Shown one piece after another: positions 55,208 to 64,000 of a stretch of DNA of 64,000 nt. The position numbers and the translations under genes were made by a program. The first letter of the stretch is position 1. Each line of letters opens with the position of its first letter. The notes beneath the pieces were generated by a model that was not told the origin of the DNA, searched no databases, and saw only the letters and a list, made by a program, of their open reading frames with translations. This stretch comes from Acidobacteriota bacterium (GTDB taxonomy: Bacteria > Acidobacteriota > UBA6911 > RPQK01 > JAJDTT01): positions 5,824,001 through 5,888,000 of the forward strand of contig CBDCJH010000002.1 in NCBI GenBank assembly GCA_965217775.1. Direction: 5' to 3'.

Positions 55208-56704
55208 ATGATCAGATCAAGTTGCCGCCGGGGCTGCGGGGGCCGGTCTCGGGCCGGGAGTCCGGGCATCTTTCTCCCGATCCTGATGTTCCTCGTTTCA
55301 CAACCGCACAATGTGGCCGGTGAACCGGTCCGGGACATCGGCTCCCGGTTGGAGCTTTTCCTTGACGACTACGTGATCGACCGCCTGCAAGGCGCCCGCC
55401 TCAAGCTTCACATCCCCCGGTCCAAGGGCATCGTGCTGCGTTTCGATCAGCCTTGGGAAGGGGAGTTTTCCGGATTTCCCAGGATCGTCGACGACGCCGG
55501 CGTCTACCGCATGTACTACCGGGGCCTCCCTCCCTGGAAGAAAGGGGAACCGCTGGTGGAATCCACCTGCGTGGCCGTGAGCCGTGACGGTATCCGCTGG
55601 GAGAAGCCCAACGTGGGACGGATCGAACTCCTGGGCACGACCCGGAACAACGCCATCTTCGTGGGGAGCGGGTTCGCTCCCTTTCTGGATACCCGTCCCG
55701 GGGTGCCCCACTCCCAGCGCCTCAAGGCACTCAAGGCGCCGCCGCGGTTGAAGACCGAGATCGGCGTCAGGGCCTACCTTTCCCCCGACGGCGTCCATTG
55801 GGAGGAGATGCACGATGCCTATCCCGGGGACCGGTTGGGAAGCGTCTTTTGGAGCCCGGTGGAAGATCGCTACGCCCAGTACGTCCGGTCCGACGACGAG
55901 AGGAGCGGAGAGCTGATCCGTTCCGTCAGCCGGGCCACCTCCTCGGATTTCATGGCCTGGGGGGAGTTCTCCTTCATGGACTTCGGTTCGAACCGTCCCA
56001 CCCGGGAGGAGCAGCTCTACACCATCGGTGTCCGTCCCTATTTCCGGGCGCCCCACATCTACTTGGCGCTGGCCGCCCGTTTCCTGCCCAACAAGAGGTC
56101 CCTCACCGAGGAAGAGTGCCGAGAATTGGGACGGCATCCGTTGGGAGGCGGTTGCAGCAGCATCGCCGATGCCGTTTTGCTGAGCATCCGCGCCTCCGAG
56201 CCCAACCGGATTCGGTGGACCTTCCCGGAAGCCTTCGTCCGGCCGGGGCTGGAAGCCAGCAGTTGGAGCGCCAGGACCAACTACCCGGGGAAGGGCTTCA
56301 TCGCCACCTCGGAGGAAGAGATCTCCTTCTACGTCCAGCGGGACTACGGATTCAAGACCAACGGACTCGAACGCTTCGTAGTGCGGACCGACGGTTTCAC
56401 CTCGGTTAGGGCGCCTTACGGCGGGGGCGAATTCCTGACCCGGCCCCTGCGATTCTCGGGAAACGAGCTGGTTTTGAACTACGCCACGTCGGCGGCTGGT
56501 GGGATCCGGATCGAGATCCAGGACCGGCATGGAGAGCCGATCCCGGGACGGACTCTGGACGACTGCCCGGAAATCATCGGCGACGAGATCGAGCGGGTCG
56601 TGCGTTGGAAAGAGGGTTCCGCTCTGGGGCGGCTGCAGGGGACGGTCGTCCGTTTGCGCTTCGTGATGAAGGACGCCGATCTCTATTCGATCCGATTCCG
56701 CTGA
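55208..56704 (+). CDS. secreted beta-propeller glycoside-hydrolase-like protein
   Basis: LELFLDD, PWEG, SRDGIRWEKP, RTDGF and DADLYSIRF motifs. Confidence 0.7.
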   Translation: MIRSSCRRGCGGRSRAGSPGIFLPILMFLVSQPHNVAGEPVRDIGSRLELFLDDYVIDRLQGARLKLHIPRSKGIVLRFDQPWEGEFSGFPRIVDDAGVYRMYYRGLPPWKKGEPLVESTCVAVSRDGIRWEKPNVGRIELLGTTRNNAIFVGSGFAPFLDTRPGVPHSQRLKALKAPPRLKTEIGVRAYLSPDGVHWEEMHDAYPGDRLGSVFWSPVEDRYAQYVRSDDERSGELIRSVSRATSSDFMAWGEFSFMDFGSNRPTREEQLYTIGVRPYFRAPHIYLALAARFLPNKRSLTEEECRELGRHPLGGGCSSIADAVLLSIRASEPNRIRWTFPEAFVRPGLEASSWSARTNYPGKGFIATSEEEISFYVQRDYGFKTNGLERFVVRTDGFTSVRAPYGGGEFLTRPLRFSGNELVLNYATSAAGGIRIEIQDRHGEPIPGRTLDDCPEIIGDEIERVVRWKEGSALGRLQGTVVRLRFVMKDADLYSIRFR

Positions 56705-56710
56705 ATCGCC

Positions 56711-58315
56711 ATGGGTGTCACGCGAAAACCTGAACTGGATCGGCGCAGCTTCCTGGCCGGTTCCACCGCGGTCCTGGCAGCGGGGCGGGGACTGCTGGGC
56801 CGGGAACGAGCCTCCCAAGAGCGAAAGCCGGGTTATCGGATCGTCTACAACGACGATTCCAATGCGCCCATCCTGATGTCCGAGAGCCTGGAGCACTTCC
56901 TGGAGCTGGCCGTCGATCGTTTCCGGGACACCCAGGTGGATGCCCTCTTCTGGAACGTCATCTCCAGCGACGTGCTCCACTATCCCTCGGAAGTGGCCGA
57001 GATGGTGGGCGCTCACCTGGAACGATTCGAATCGGCCGGCTACTTCCAGTGGTATCAGCGCCTGATGAAGATCATCGACGAGCGGCCCGACTATCTCCAG
57101 GCCATGGCCGACCGGGCCCGGCCCAGGGGCCTGGAGTTCTTCGCCTCGCTGCGGATGAACGACTGTCACGAAAGCCCGGTCTGGAAGGCGATGGACACAT
57201 ACAGTCGGTACCGGAAAGAGCATCGCCAGTTTCTGCTGGGAGACTCGGTCCACCCTGGCTTCAGCACCGGATTCGATTTTGCACATGAAGAGGTCCGTGA
57301 GCGCCGCTACCGGATCATCGAGGAACTGGCTACTCGATATCGGCTCGACGGCATCGAGCTGGACTTCTTGCGGCATCCGGCCTATTTCAAACCGGACGAG
57401 GCCTACCGGAACCGGCATCTCATCACCGGCCTGGTCCGCCGGGTTCGGGAACTGCTGGATCGGCATCAGGAGGAGACGGGCCGCCGGGTCCGGCTTGCGG
57501 TCCGGGTCGCCACGCCGATGGAGATCTCGAAACGCATGGGCCTCGACGTGGAGACCTGGATCCGGGAAGGACTGCCCGACCTGGTCATCGCCGCCACGCC
57601 CCGAGGCTTCGAGCTGAGCCTTCCCCTGGAAAAGTATGTGGAAGCGGTTCGAGACCGCCCCATCACCCTGCTGGCCCAGTTGGGCTGGCACCAGCCGGTG
57701 AAGGAAGCCCGCGGCGCGGCCTTGAACTTCTGGGACCAGGGGGCCGACGGGATCTATCTCTTCAACTGGTACTCGCGGAAGGACCGGCGTCACGAATCGT
57801 TGGGGGAAATCGGCGATCCCGGCCTTCTGCGGCGGCGGGACAAGGTCTATCCGGTCCATTCCCAGGAGGGAGATCTGTGGGCCGGGACCCACCCTCCCGC
57901 CCAACTTCCCTTGCGCTTGTCCCCCGCTCCTCCGGAAGGCGGGGTTGAAATCCAGCTCAGGATCGGGGACGACGTGACGGCTGACGTTGCAGCCGGACGC
58001 CTCAGGAGTGCCCGGCTACGGATGCGGTTCGAGGAGATTCATTCCGCGGACAGGGTGGAAGTGTTGCTGAACGGAGTCGCCCTGGCGCCTGAGACCGGCA
58101 AGCTCAGGATCGACGACGCTCACATGTACATCTGGAAGTACTGGATCGAGTATGAGTTGCCGGTTCCTCCGCTGCGGGCTGGAATCAACCGTTTTCAAAT
58201 CCGGCTCGCTCACCGGAACCCCCGACTGGACGGGCCGGTAGCCCTGGTGGAGTTGAAGGTAGAGATGGATTACCGGGAGCCAGGAAAGAGGACAGAGCAA
58301 AGAGGAAAGAGTTAA
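56711..58315 (+). CDS. Tat-exported glycosyl hydrolase-like 10 (TIM-barrel) protein
   Basis: DRRSFL; IVYNDD, SLRMND, DGIELDFLR and GADGIYLFNW motifs. Confidence 0.75.
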   Translation: MGVTRKPELDRRSFLAGSTAVLAAGRGLLGRERASQERKPGYRIVYNDDSNAPILMSESLEHFLELAVDRFRDTQVDALFWNVISSDVLHYPSEVAEMVGAHLERFESAGYFQWYQRLMKIIDERPDYLQAMADRARPRGLEFFASLRMNDCHESPVWKAMDTYSRYRKEHRQFLLGDSVHPGFSTGFDFAHEEVRERRYRIIEELATRYRLDGIELDFLRHPAYFKPDEAYRNRHLITGLVRRVRELLDRHQEETGRRVRLAVRVATPMEISKRMGLDVETWIREGLPDLVIAATPRGFELSLPLEKYVEAVRDRPITLLAQLGWHQPVKEARGAALNFWDQGADGIYLFNWYSRKDRRHESLGEIGDPGLLRRRDKVYPVHSQEGDLWAGTHPPAQLPLRLSPAPPEGGVEIQLRIGDDVTADVAAGRLRSARLRMRFEEIHSADRVEVLLNGVALAPETGKLRIDDAHMYIWKYWIEYELPVPPLRAGINRFQIRLAHRNPRLDGPVALVELKVEMDYREPGKRTEQRGKS

Positions 58316-58394
58316 AGAGGGGGTTGGTGGCGGGGCAGTTTGCCGTGGGTTGTCTTCAGTTGCAGTATGTAAGCAAGGGAAAAGGAGATCGATC

Positions 58395-59615
58395 ATGATC
58401 CGACGGGATTTTCTGAAGACCGCGGCGGGGACGGCAGCCGCATTGGGCACGGGGTCCTCCGCCGCACCTGCGGCCGAGACGGCAGGAACGACCTATCGAG
58501 CCGGCGTCATCGGCCTGGGCTGGACCGGCGTCCTTTACGATCTGGCCGGGCGGGGTGGTGAACACCGGCAGGGAACCCATTGGGACCCGGCCTACGACCT
58601 GGAGGGAGACCGCCCCACGCCCGACGAGATCGACGTTCACCGGAAGTTCTACCACCACGATCATCCCGGGAACGAGGGACTGCCCATCTCCTACTCGGAA
58701 GCGCTTCACTCCCGTCCCGAAGTGGAGCTGGTGGCGGGAGCGGAGCGGGACCGGAAACGGCTGGCGATCTTCGGGGAGCGCTATGGAATCGAGTCCCTCT
58801 ACACCGACGCCATCGAGATGCTGCGCCACGAACGGTTGGACATCGTCGCGGTCTGCACCAACGTCAAGGGCCGGTCCTTCCTGACCTGCGCCGCGGTGGA
58901 GCACGGGGCCAAGGCGGTGATCACGGAGAAGCCCATGGTCTTCACCCTGGAGGAGGCGGACCGGATGGTCCAGGCCTGTGCCGAGCGTGGCGTGCCGCTG
59001 GTGGCGGGCGCCATCAGCACGGTCCATCCCTCTTTCGAGAAGGCCAAGCAATTGGTCCAAGACGGAACCATCGGAAAGGTGGTTTCCATCGAGGCGGGCT
59101 TCTACCTCTCCCAGCATCAGAACTGGACCTACTTCATCGACAGTCCGCCCGCGTGGGTGTGCGGCACCGGAGACCTGCCCCGGCTGGAGAACGGCAGCGA
59201 CGAGTTCCGCGGCCAGGGGATGATGGTCACCCGGAACGGTCAGGTGGTCCACTATCGGCCCGGCGGTCCCATGCTCCGGGTCAGTGGGTCGAAGGGGGAG
59301 ATCACATTCGACCGCATTGAAGGAGGATGGAGGATCTGGCGGGACGTGAAGTCTCTGACCGGCCGGGCGCGGCGAGTCGAAGTTCCCTGGCCCAATCCCA
59401 AGTTCGTGGGTTCCTATGGAGCCGTGAACTGCCTTGACGACGCCCTGCGGTGCCTGGCTGGAGACCTGGACGAACCCAAGAACTCGGGCCGCCGTGTGGC
59501 TCAGGCCATCGAGGTGGAGATCGCCCTCAAGCTTTCCTCGGATCGTGGCGGCGAGCGGGTGGAGCTGCCCCTGGCCGACCGGTCGCTGGGCCTGAAATAC
59601 GCCTGGTTCCGTTGA
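58395..59615 (+). CDS. Tat-exported Gfo/Idh/MocA oxidoreductase
   Basis: IRRDFLK; GVIGLG; ITEKPM. Confidence 0.88.
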   Translation: MIRRDFLKTAAGTAAALGTGSSAAPAAETAGTTYRAGVIGLGWTGVLYDLAGRGGEHRQGTHWDPAYDLEGDRPTPDEIDVHRKFYHHDHPGNEGLPISYSEALHSRPEVELVAGAERDRKRLAIFGERYGIESLYTDAIEMLRHERLDIVAVCTNVKGRSFLTCAAVEHGAKAVITEKPMVFTLEEADRMVQACAERGVPLVAGAISTVHPSFEKAKQLVQDGTIGKVVSIEAGFYLSQHQNWTYFIDSPPAWVCGTGDLPRLENGSDEFRGQGMMVTRNGQVVHYRPGGPMLRVSGSKGEITFDRIEGGWRIWRDVKSLTGRARRVEVPWPNPKFVGSYGAVNCLDDALRCLAGDLDEPKNSGRRVAQAIEVEIALKLSSDRGGERVELPLADRSLGLKYAWFR

Positions 59616-59640
59616 GCAATAGAGAGGTGGCCACCTGAGG

Positions 59641-61344
59641 ATGAAACGTAGGCGCTTCTTTCTGACCGCCCTGACCGCTGGACTCTCTTCGCGCCTGACC
59701 AAGGCTCGAGGCGAGACGGTTCGCAAGAGCCGGAGCCCGTCGGGCCCTCCGATACCCCGGATCATGTTCACCCACGACAGCCGTCACCCGGCTGTCTACA
59801 TGTACGAACCCCCCATGGAGCGGGAGGAGTTCGAGGCGGCGGTGGACGAGCTGGCGGGGACCCCCGTGGACGTCCTGATGTTCGGGCTGGCCGACGGCCG
59901 GACCTTTTTTCACGACACCAAGGTGGGCGAGATCTGGGGGGACCCGGTGCGGAAGTGGCCCCACCTGATCTTTCGGCGGGCGCGCCAGAACGTCAAGATG
60001 ATGCTGGCCCGGGGCCAGGATCCGCTCCGCATCGTCTGTGAACGGGCCCGGGCCAAGGGCATGCTCCTGTACCCGACCCTGTTGGTCAATCAGTGGATGT
60101 TTGGGACGACGCCCGAAGAGGACACAAGGGCGTCCAACTTCCGCTGGAAGAATCGCCATCTGGAAATCGGCGCCGCCGGGGACCTGGAAGAATTTCCGGG
60201 AAAGACCCACCTGGATTTCAAGCATGAAGCGGTCCGGAGGGAGCGGTTGGCCGTGATTCGGGAGGTGTTGAACAACTACCCCGTCGATGGATTCGAACTG
60301 CATCTCAACTACGCCGGACCCTACTTTTTTCACCCTGATCGGATCGCGGCCGGACGCGAGATCATGTCGTCCTGGGTGGCTCAGGTCCACGAGGCGGTGA
60401 AAGCCAGTGGTGCGGAACGGGAGCTGGTGATCACGGTGCCGGTCGACTTGGAACGCGCCTACTCCCGGGGATTGGACGTGCGCCGGTGGATCCGTGACGG
60501 AAGCGTCGACGTCCTGGTGGGAGCGTCCCACAACTCCATGGATCATGGGGCCGACTTCCGGCCTCTGGTCAAGGCGGCCCGGGGCTCCTCTTGCCGGGTT
60601 TACGCGGCACTCAACGGACAGGTCTACTCGGACCGGCTCCAGAACGCCGACACTACTCTCACGCGTGCAGGGGCCTGCAACTACTGGGCCCAAGGCGTAG
60701 ACGGGCTCTACCTGGATCAGTGGTTTGCCCGCTGGCCCTACCAGGCCTCCTTCTATGAGCAACTCCGGGAGATGCCCCACCCGGACGTGATGGCCGCCAA
60801 GGACAAGTTCTACTACGTGCCGACCCGGGCCGGGACCCGGCTCCGCTCCCACGAGCCGGAATTGCCCCTTCCCCGGAAGCTGGAGACGGAAAGGCCGGTC
60901 GCGGTCGATTTGGAGATCGCGGACGACCTGCCCCGCTGGGATCGGGTCGGCCGCGTCCACGAGGTGCTGCTTCGCCTCCGGATCACGGGGACGACCGAAC
61001 TGGACCGGTTGCGGTTCACCCTCAACGGCCAGGTCCTGCCCTGGGAGCAGATGCGGAAGATCAACCAGATCTACACCATGAGGGCTCCGAGGCGACAGAG
61101 GGTCGTCGGTTACTGGTTCGTCTTTCGTCCGGACCGGGAACGGTGGCCACGGCAAGGAAGGAATCGGATCGAAGTGACCCTCTTGGAACGGGACCCGGAG
61201 GTGACACCGCCCCTCGAGCTCCGGGACGTCGAGTTGGAGATCCGGTACCTGCGGGGGAAAAATGCCGGGAGGGGACGGGACCCGGACGATCTGGGCAGAA
61301 ACGAAACCACCGTCCGCTTGGGGCCGGGGTCTCATTTGGTCTGA
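59641..61344 (+). CDS. Tat-exported glycosyl hydrolase-like 10 protein
   Basis: KRRRFFL; LDFKHEAVR, PVDGFEL and GVDGLYL motifs. Confidence 0.75.
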   Translation: MKRRRFFLTALTAGLSSRLTKARGETVRKSRSPSGPPIPRIMFTHDSRHPAVYMYEPPMEREEFEAAVDELAGTPVDVLMFGLADGRTFFHDTKVGEIWGDPVRKWPHLIFRRARQNVKMMLARGQDPLRIVCERARAKGMLLYPTLLVNQWMFGTTPEEDTRASNFRWKNRHLEIGAAGDLEEFPGKTHLDFKHEAVRRERLAVIREVLNNYPVDGFELHLNYAGPYFFHPDRIAAGREIMSSWVAQVHEAVKASGAERELVITVPVDLERAYSRGLDVRRWIRDGSVDVLVGASHNSMDHGADFRPLVKAARGSSCRVYAALNGQVYSDRLQNADTTLTRAGACNYWAQGVDGLYLDQWFARWPYQASFYEQLREMPHPDVMAAKDKFYYVPTRAGTRLRSHEPELPLPRKLETERPVAVDLEIADDLPRWDRVGRVHEVLLRLRITGTTELDRLRFTLNGQVLPWEQMRKINQIYTMRAPRRQRVVGYWFVFRPDRERWPRQGRNRIEVTLLERDPEVTPPLELRDVELEIRYLRGKNAGRGRDPDDLGRNETTVRLGPGSHLV

Positions 61345-61394
61345 GCCAGATGTCCGAGTGAAAGTATGACCGTGTCGGATCGGGAGAGGAGAGC

Positions 61395-63293
61395 ATGAGG
61401 AATTCACTTTTCGGGAAATGGTGTGGGATCGCGGCGGCAGTGCCCGTGCTGGTCCTGCTCGCCGCCGGCTGCCGGATGGGAGAACCCTGGAGCGAGGACA
61501 ACGCCCGGGTCATCCAGGAAAACGGAGTTCAGGGCAGAGAGCGGGAGGTTCCCGATCTGGGCGTCCGCTCCAACCTGGATTGGGACAAGGTGTATCCGAA
61601 CCAGACGCTTCCCAACCTGGAGTTGGCCGCCGGGGTCACGGCCAGGGCCGCCTGGGGCCAGGGCACCCTCTACGAATACGTCACCTTGGCGCCGGGAGCC
61701 GTCTATCCCGAAGAGACGCTGTCCGTGGAAGTGATCACCACGGTCAGGGACGGCAGCGTCACCGTGCGGGTGGAGGACACGGACCACACACTGGCTCGAA
61801 ACGACGTGATCTATCTGGCCGAGGGGACTCGGCGCCGGTTGGAGGCTGGCGACGAGGGTGCGGAGCTGGTCGAGGTCTTTTCTCCTTTGAGAACCGACCA
61901 CCTGGAGTTGGCCGGCGTCCAGGCCGACCCCGGCGAGATGCCGGATCAGGGAGTGATGCCCTCTTTGGAGGCGGGCCGCGTCTACAATATGGGACAGATT
62001 CAGCTCACGCCCCTGATCCCCGCCGACAAGGACCTTTCCTACCCACGCAGCAGGGCGAATTCCCGCCTCATCTGGGGCAAGAACGCCATGCTCAGCTTCA
62101 TCACCCTGGATCCGGCGGCCTCCTTTCCCTTGCACATCCACCCCGAGGACCAGTTGATGATCGTACTTCGAGGGGGGTTGATGCAGACCATGGTAAATCG
62201 CAAGTTGCCGGTGGACGGGCATGCCCGGCACGCCCTTTTCGTTCCGGGAGGGATGGTGCACGCCGGTGACTCGGGGGAGTTCGGAGCCGATGTCCTGGAT
62301 GCCTTCTGGCCGGTGAGACCCGACTATCTGGAGGCGGCCTCCCGGCAGAGCGCCCGTTTTCAGGAGGTGATCGCCGCCGGAAGCGAGCCGGAGCGGGTGG
62401 CCACCGGATTTACGTTCCTGGAGGGACCCACCTGGCTGGACGGGCGACTCTACTTCTCCGACATGTACTTCAAGGATCCGGCCAACGGCGACTGGACGGG
62501 AGATCCCAAGCGGAGCCGCCTGATCCGGATGGAGCCGAACGGTGAGACCAAGGTGCTCTCCCGGGGCCGGCAGACCAATGGAACCATTGCCTCCCGGCGC
62601 GGCTACCTCATCGTCTGCGACATGTTCGGACACCGCGTCGTGGAGGTCCATCCCCGGTCCGGACGGGTGGTCCGAAACCTGCTCAGACGGGTCGACGGCA
62701 AGGCGGTGGACGGTCCCAACGACCTGGTCATGGACACCAAAGGGGGCATCTATGTCACCGATCCCCAGTTCACGCTGGAGGCGAAGAAGAGCCAGCCCGG
62801 CGCCCAGGTCTACTACGTCCCGCGGAGAGGGCGCGCCCGGGTGGTGGTGCCCGCCGGGGAATTCGCCATGCCCAACGGCGTGGAGATCTCACCGGACGGC
62901 AAGATCCTCTACCTGAACAACACCTGGAAGAGCCCGGGTGAGAACTTCATCTGGGCCTACGACATCCAGGAGGACGGGTCGCTCAGCAACAAGCGCAAGT
63001 TCGCCATGCTCCACTTGACTCCCGAGGTGATGGATGCCGCCGACCCCGGAGACCGGGTCAATACCCAGGCCGATGGGATGGCGGTGGACATGGAGGGCCG
63101 GATCTATGTCGGAACCCTCTCCGGGGTTCAGATTTTCGATAAGACCGGCCTTTACGTGGGGACCATCGCACCCCCGGAACTTCCAGTGGTGAGCTGCACC
63201 TTCGGAGGCGAGAATTACGACGAGCTCTACATGGTCAGTCCCAATTCCGTCTGGAGGATGCCGACGAGGGTTCAAGGCTTCCGGCATCCTTAG
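61395..63293 (+). CDS. lipoprotein: tandem cupin domains fused to SMP-30/gluconolactonase
   Basis: Lipobox LAAGC; HIHPEDQ...GGMVH cupin; FLEGPTW, GPNDL, PNGVEISPDG and DGMAVD motifs. Confidence 0.85.
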   Translation: MRNSLFGKWCGIAAAVPVLVLLAAGCRMGEPWSEDNARVIQENGVQGREREVPDLGVRSNLDWDKVYPNQTLPNLELAAGVTARAAWGQGTLYEYVTLAPGAVYPEETLSVEVITTVRDGSVTVRVEDTDHTLARNDVIYLAEGTRRRLEAGDEGAELVEVFSPLRTDHLELAGVQADPGEMPDQGVMPSLEAGRVYNMGQIQLTPLIPADKDLSYPRSRANSRLIWGKNAMLSFITLDPAASFPLHIHPEDQLMIVLRGGLMQTMVNRKLPVDGHARHALFVPGGMVHAGDSGEFGADVLDAFWPVRPDYLEAASRQSARFQEVIAAGSEPERVATGFTFLEGPTWLDGRLYFSDMYFKDPANGDWTGDPKRSRLIRMEPNGETKVLSRGRQTNGTIASRRGYLIVCDMFGHRVVEVHPRSGRVVRNLLRRVDGKAVDGPNDLVMDTKGGIYVTDPQFTLEAKKSQPGAQVYYVPRRGRARVVVPAGEFAMPNGVEISPDGKILYLNNTWKSPGENFIWAYDIQEDGSLSNKRKFAMLHLTPEVMDAADPGDRVNTQADGMAVDMEGRIYVGTLSGVQIFDKTGLYVGTIAPPELPVVSCTFGGENYDELYMVSPNSVWRMPTRVQGFRHP

Positions 63294-63477
63294 GAGCCTG
63301 CGACGCAGAAATTGATCTACTGCGAAAGCGGGGAATCGGTCCATATTTCCCCGATTTCTCGGCGAATAGAACAACTATGCACCTCCAAATCGTGAAAATC
63401 TGGCCTCGATTCCCCACTTTCTCGCTACGATCATTCCTCCGGCGCAGACTCCTAGCGTCCGGGCCACAAGGCACAAC

Positions 63478-64000
63478 ATGAAGAAGCCGCGCATCTACTT
63501 CTACAACGACGGCCGCCATCCGTTGATCTACATGTACGAGCCTCCCATGCAGAAGGAGGAGTACGAAGCGGCCGTGGACGAGCTGTTGGGAACTCCCGTC
63601 GAAGCCCTGGTCTTCGCCCTGGGCGAGGGGCGCACCATGCTCCATGACACCCAGGCCGGCGAGCTCTGGGGGCACAACGTGGACAAGTGGCCCCACTTGA
63701 TCTGGCGGCGCGCCCATCAGAACGCTCGCATGATGATCGATGCCGGGAACGATCCGCTGCGAGTCGTCGCCGACCGGGCTCGCGACGAGAACATCCGCTT
63801 CTATCCCTCCCTCAACGTCCAGTGGCCGGCCGTCAAACGGGGCGAGGGGACCGTCTGGGTCCGGGTCTCCGACTTTCGCTGGAACCACAAACACCTGGAA
63901 ATCGGCGCCGAGGGGGACGTGGACCCCGGGTATCCCGGCTTCGGGTGTCTGGATTTTCGACATCGGGAAGCACGGGACGAACGCTTCGCCATCGTGGAGG
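63478..64000 (+). CDS. glycosyl hydrolase-like 10 paralog, 5' part; truncated by window end
   Basis: MKKPRIYFYNDGRHPLIYMYEPPMQKEEYEAAVDELLGTPV closely matches 59641..61344. Confidence 0.82.
   Translation, partial: MKKPRIYFYNDGRHPLIYMYEPPMQKEEYEAAVDELLGTPVEALVFALGEGRTMLHDTQAGELWGHNVDKWPHLIWRRAHQNARMMIDAGNDPLRVVADRARDENIRFYPSLNVQWPAVKRGEGTVWVRVSDFRWNHKHLEIGAEGDVDPGYPGFGCLDFRHREARDERFAIVE

Noticed and set aside
55298-57904. Long antisense ORFs (868 aa here; also 10210..12054, 59527..61407, 36746..38395)
   Set aside because: Shadow frames opposite well-supported genes, expected in high-GC DNA; no recognisable motifs.

Overview
GC-rich bacterial chromosomal segment. The gene content (DUF1592/DUF1552-type cytochrome cluster, FecR/DUF6600-type proteins, GHL10-like and Tat-exported oxidoreductases, ankyrin proteins) suggests Acidobacteriota; this is inference. 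Most of the window is catabolic or housekeeping: a polyphosphate cluster (sixA, CHAD, ppx with an internal stop, ppk1), amidohydrolases, aldolases, SDR/cupin/VOC genes, glycoside-hydrolase-like paralogs and a divergent tRNA-Leu(TAG)/tRNA-Pro(TGG) pair. The main lead is the ~21.9-28.7 kb region at the 3' end of tRNA-Leu. An intact non-IntI tyrosine recombinase has a dif-like 11-6-11 site 4 bp upstream of its start codon, and two related sites (24414, 28634) divide the divergently oriented cargo into modules. This suggests an integron-like or pdif-like gene-capture platform. The same region holds a double PD-(D/E)XK protein and a solitary type I-E-like CRISPR repeat. Other accessory features are a tandem duplication of a Ser/Arg-tailed secreted protein, a deletion scar of two fused genes, an IS remnant, and a decayed defence islet (HEPN-MNT, TIR, dinJ-yafQ, plus phd-vapC elsewhere). 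All family calls come from motif recognition by eye; no searches were run.
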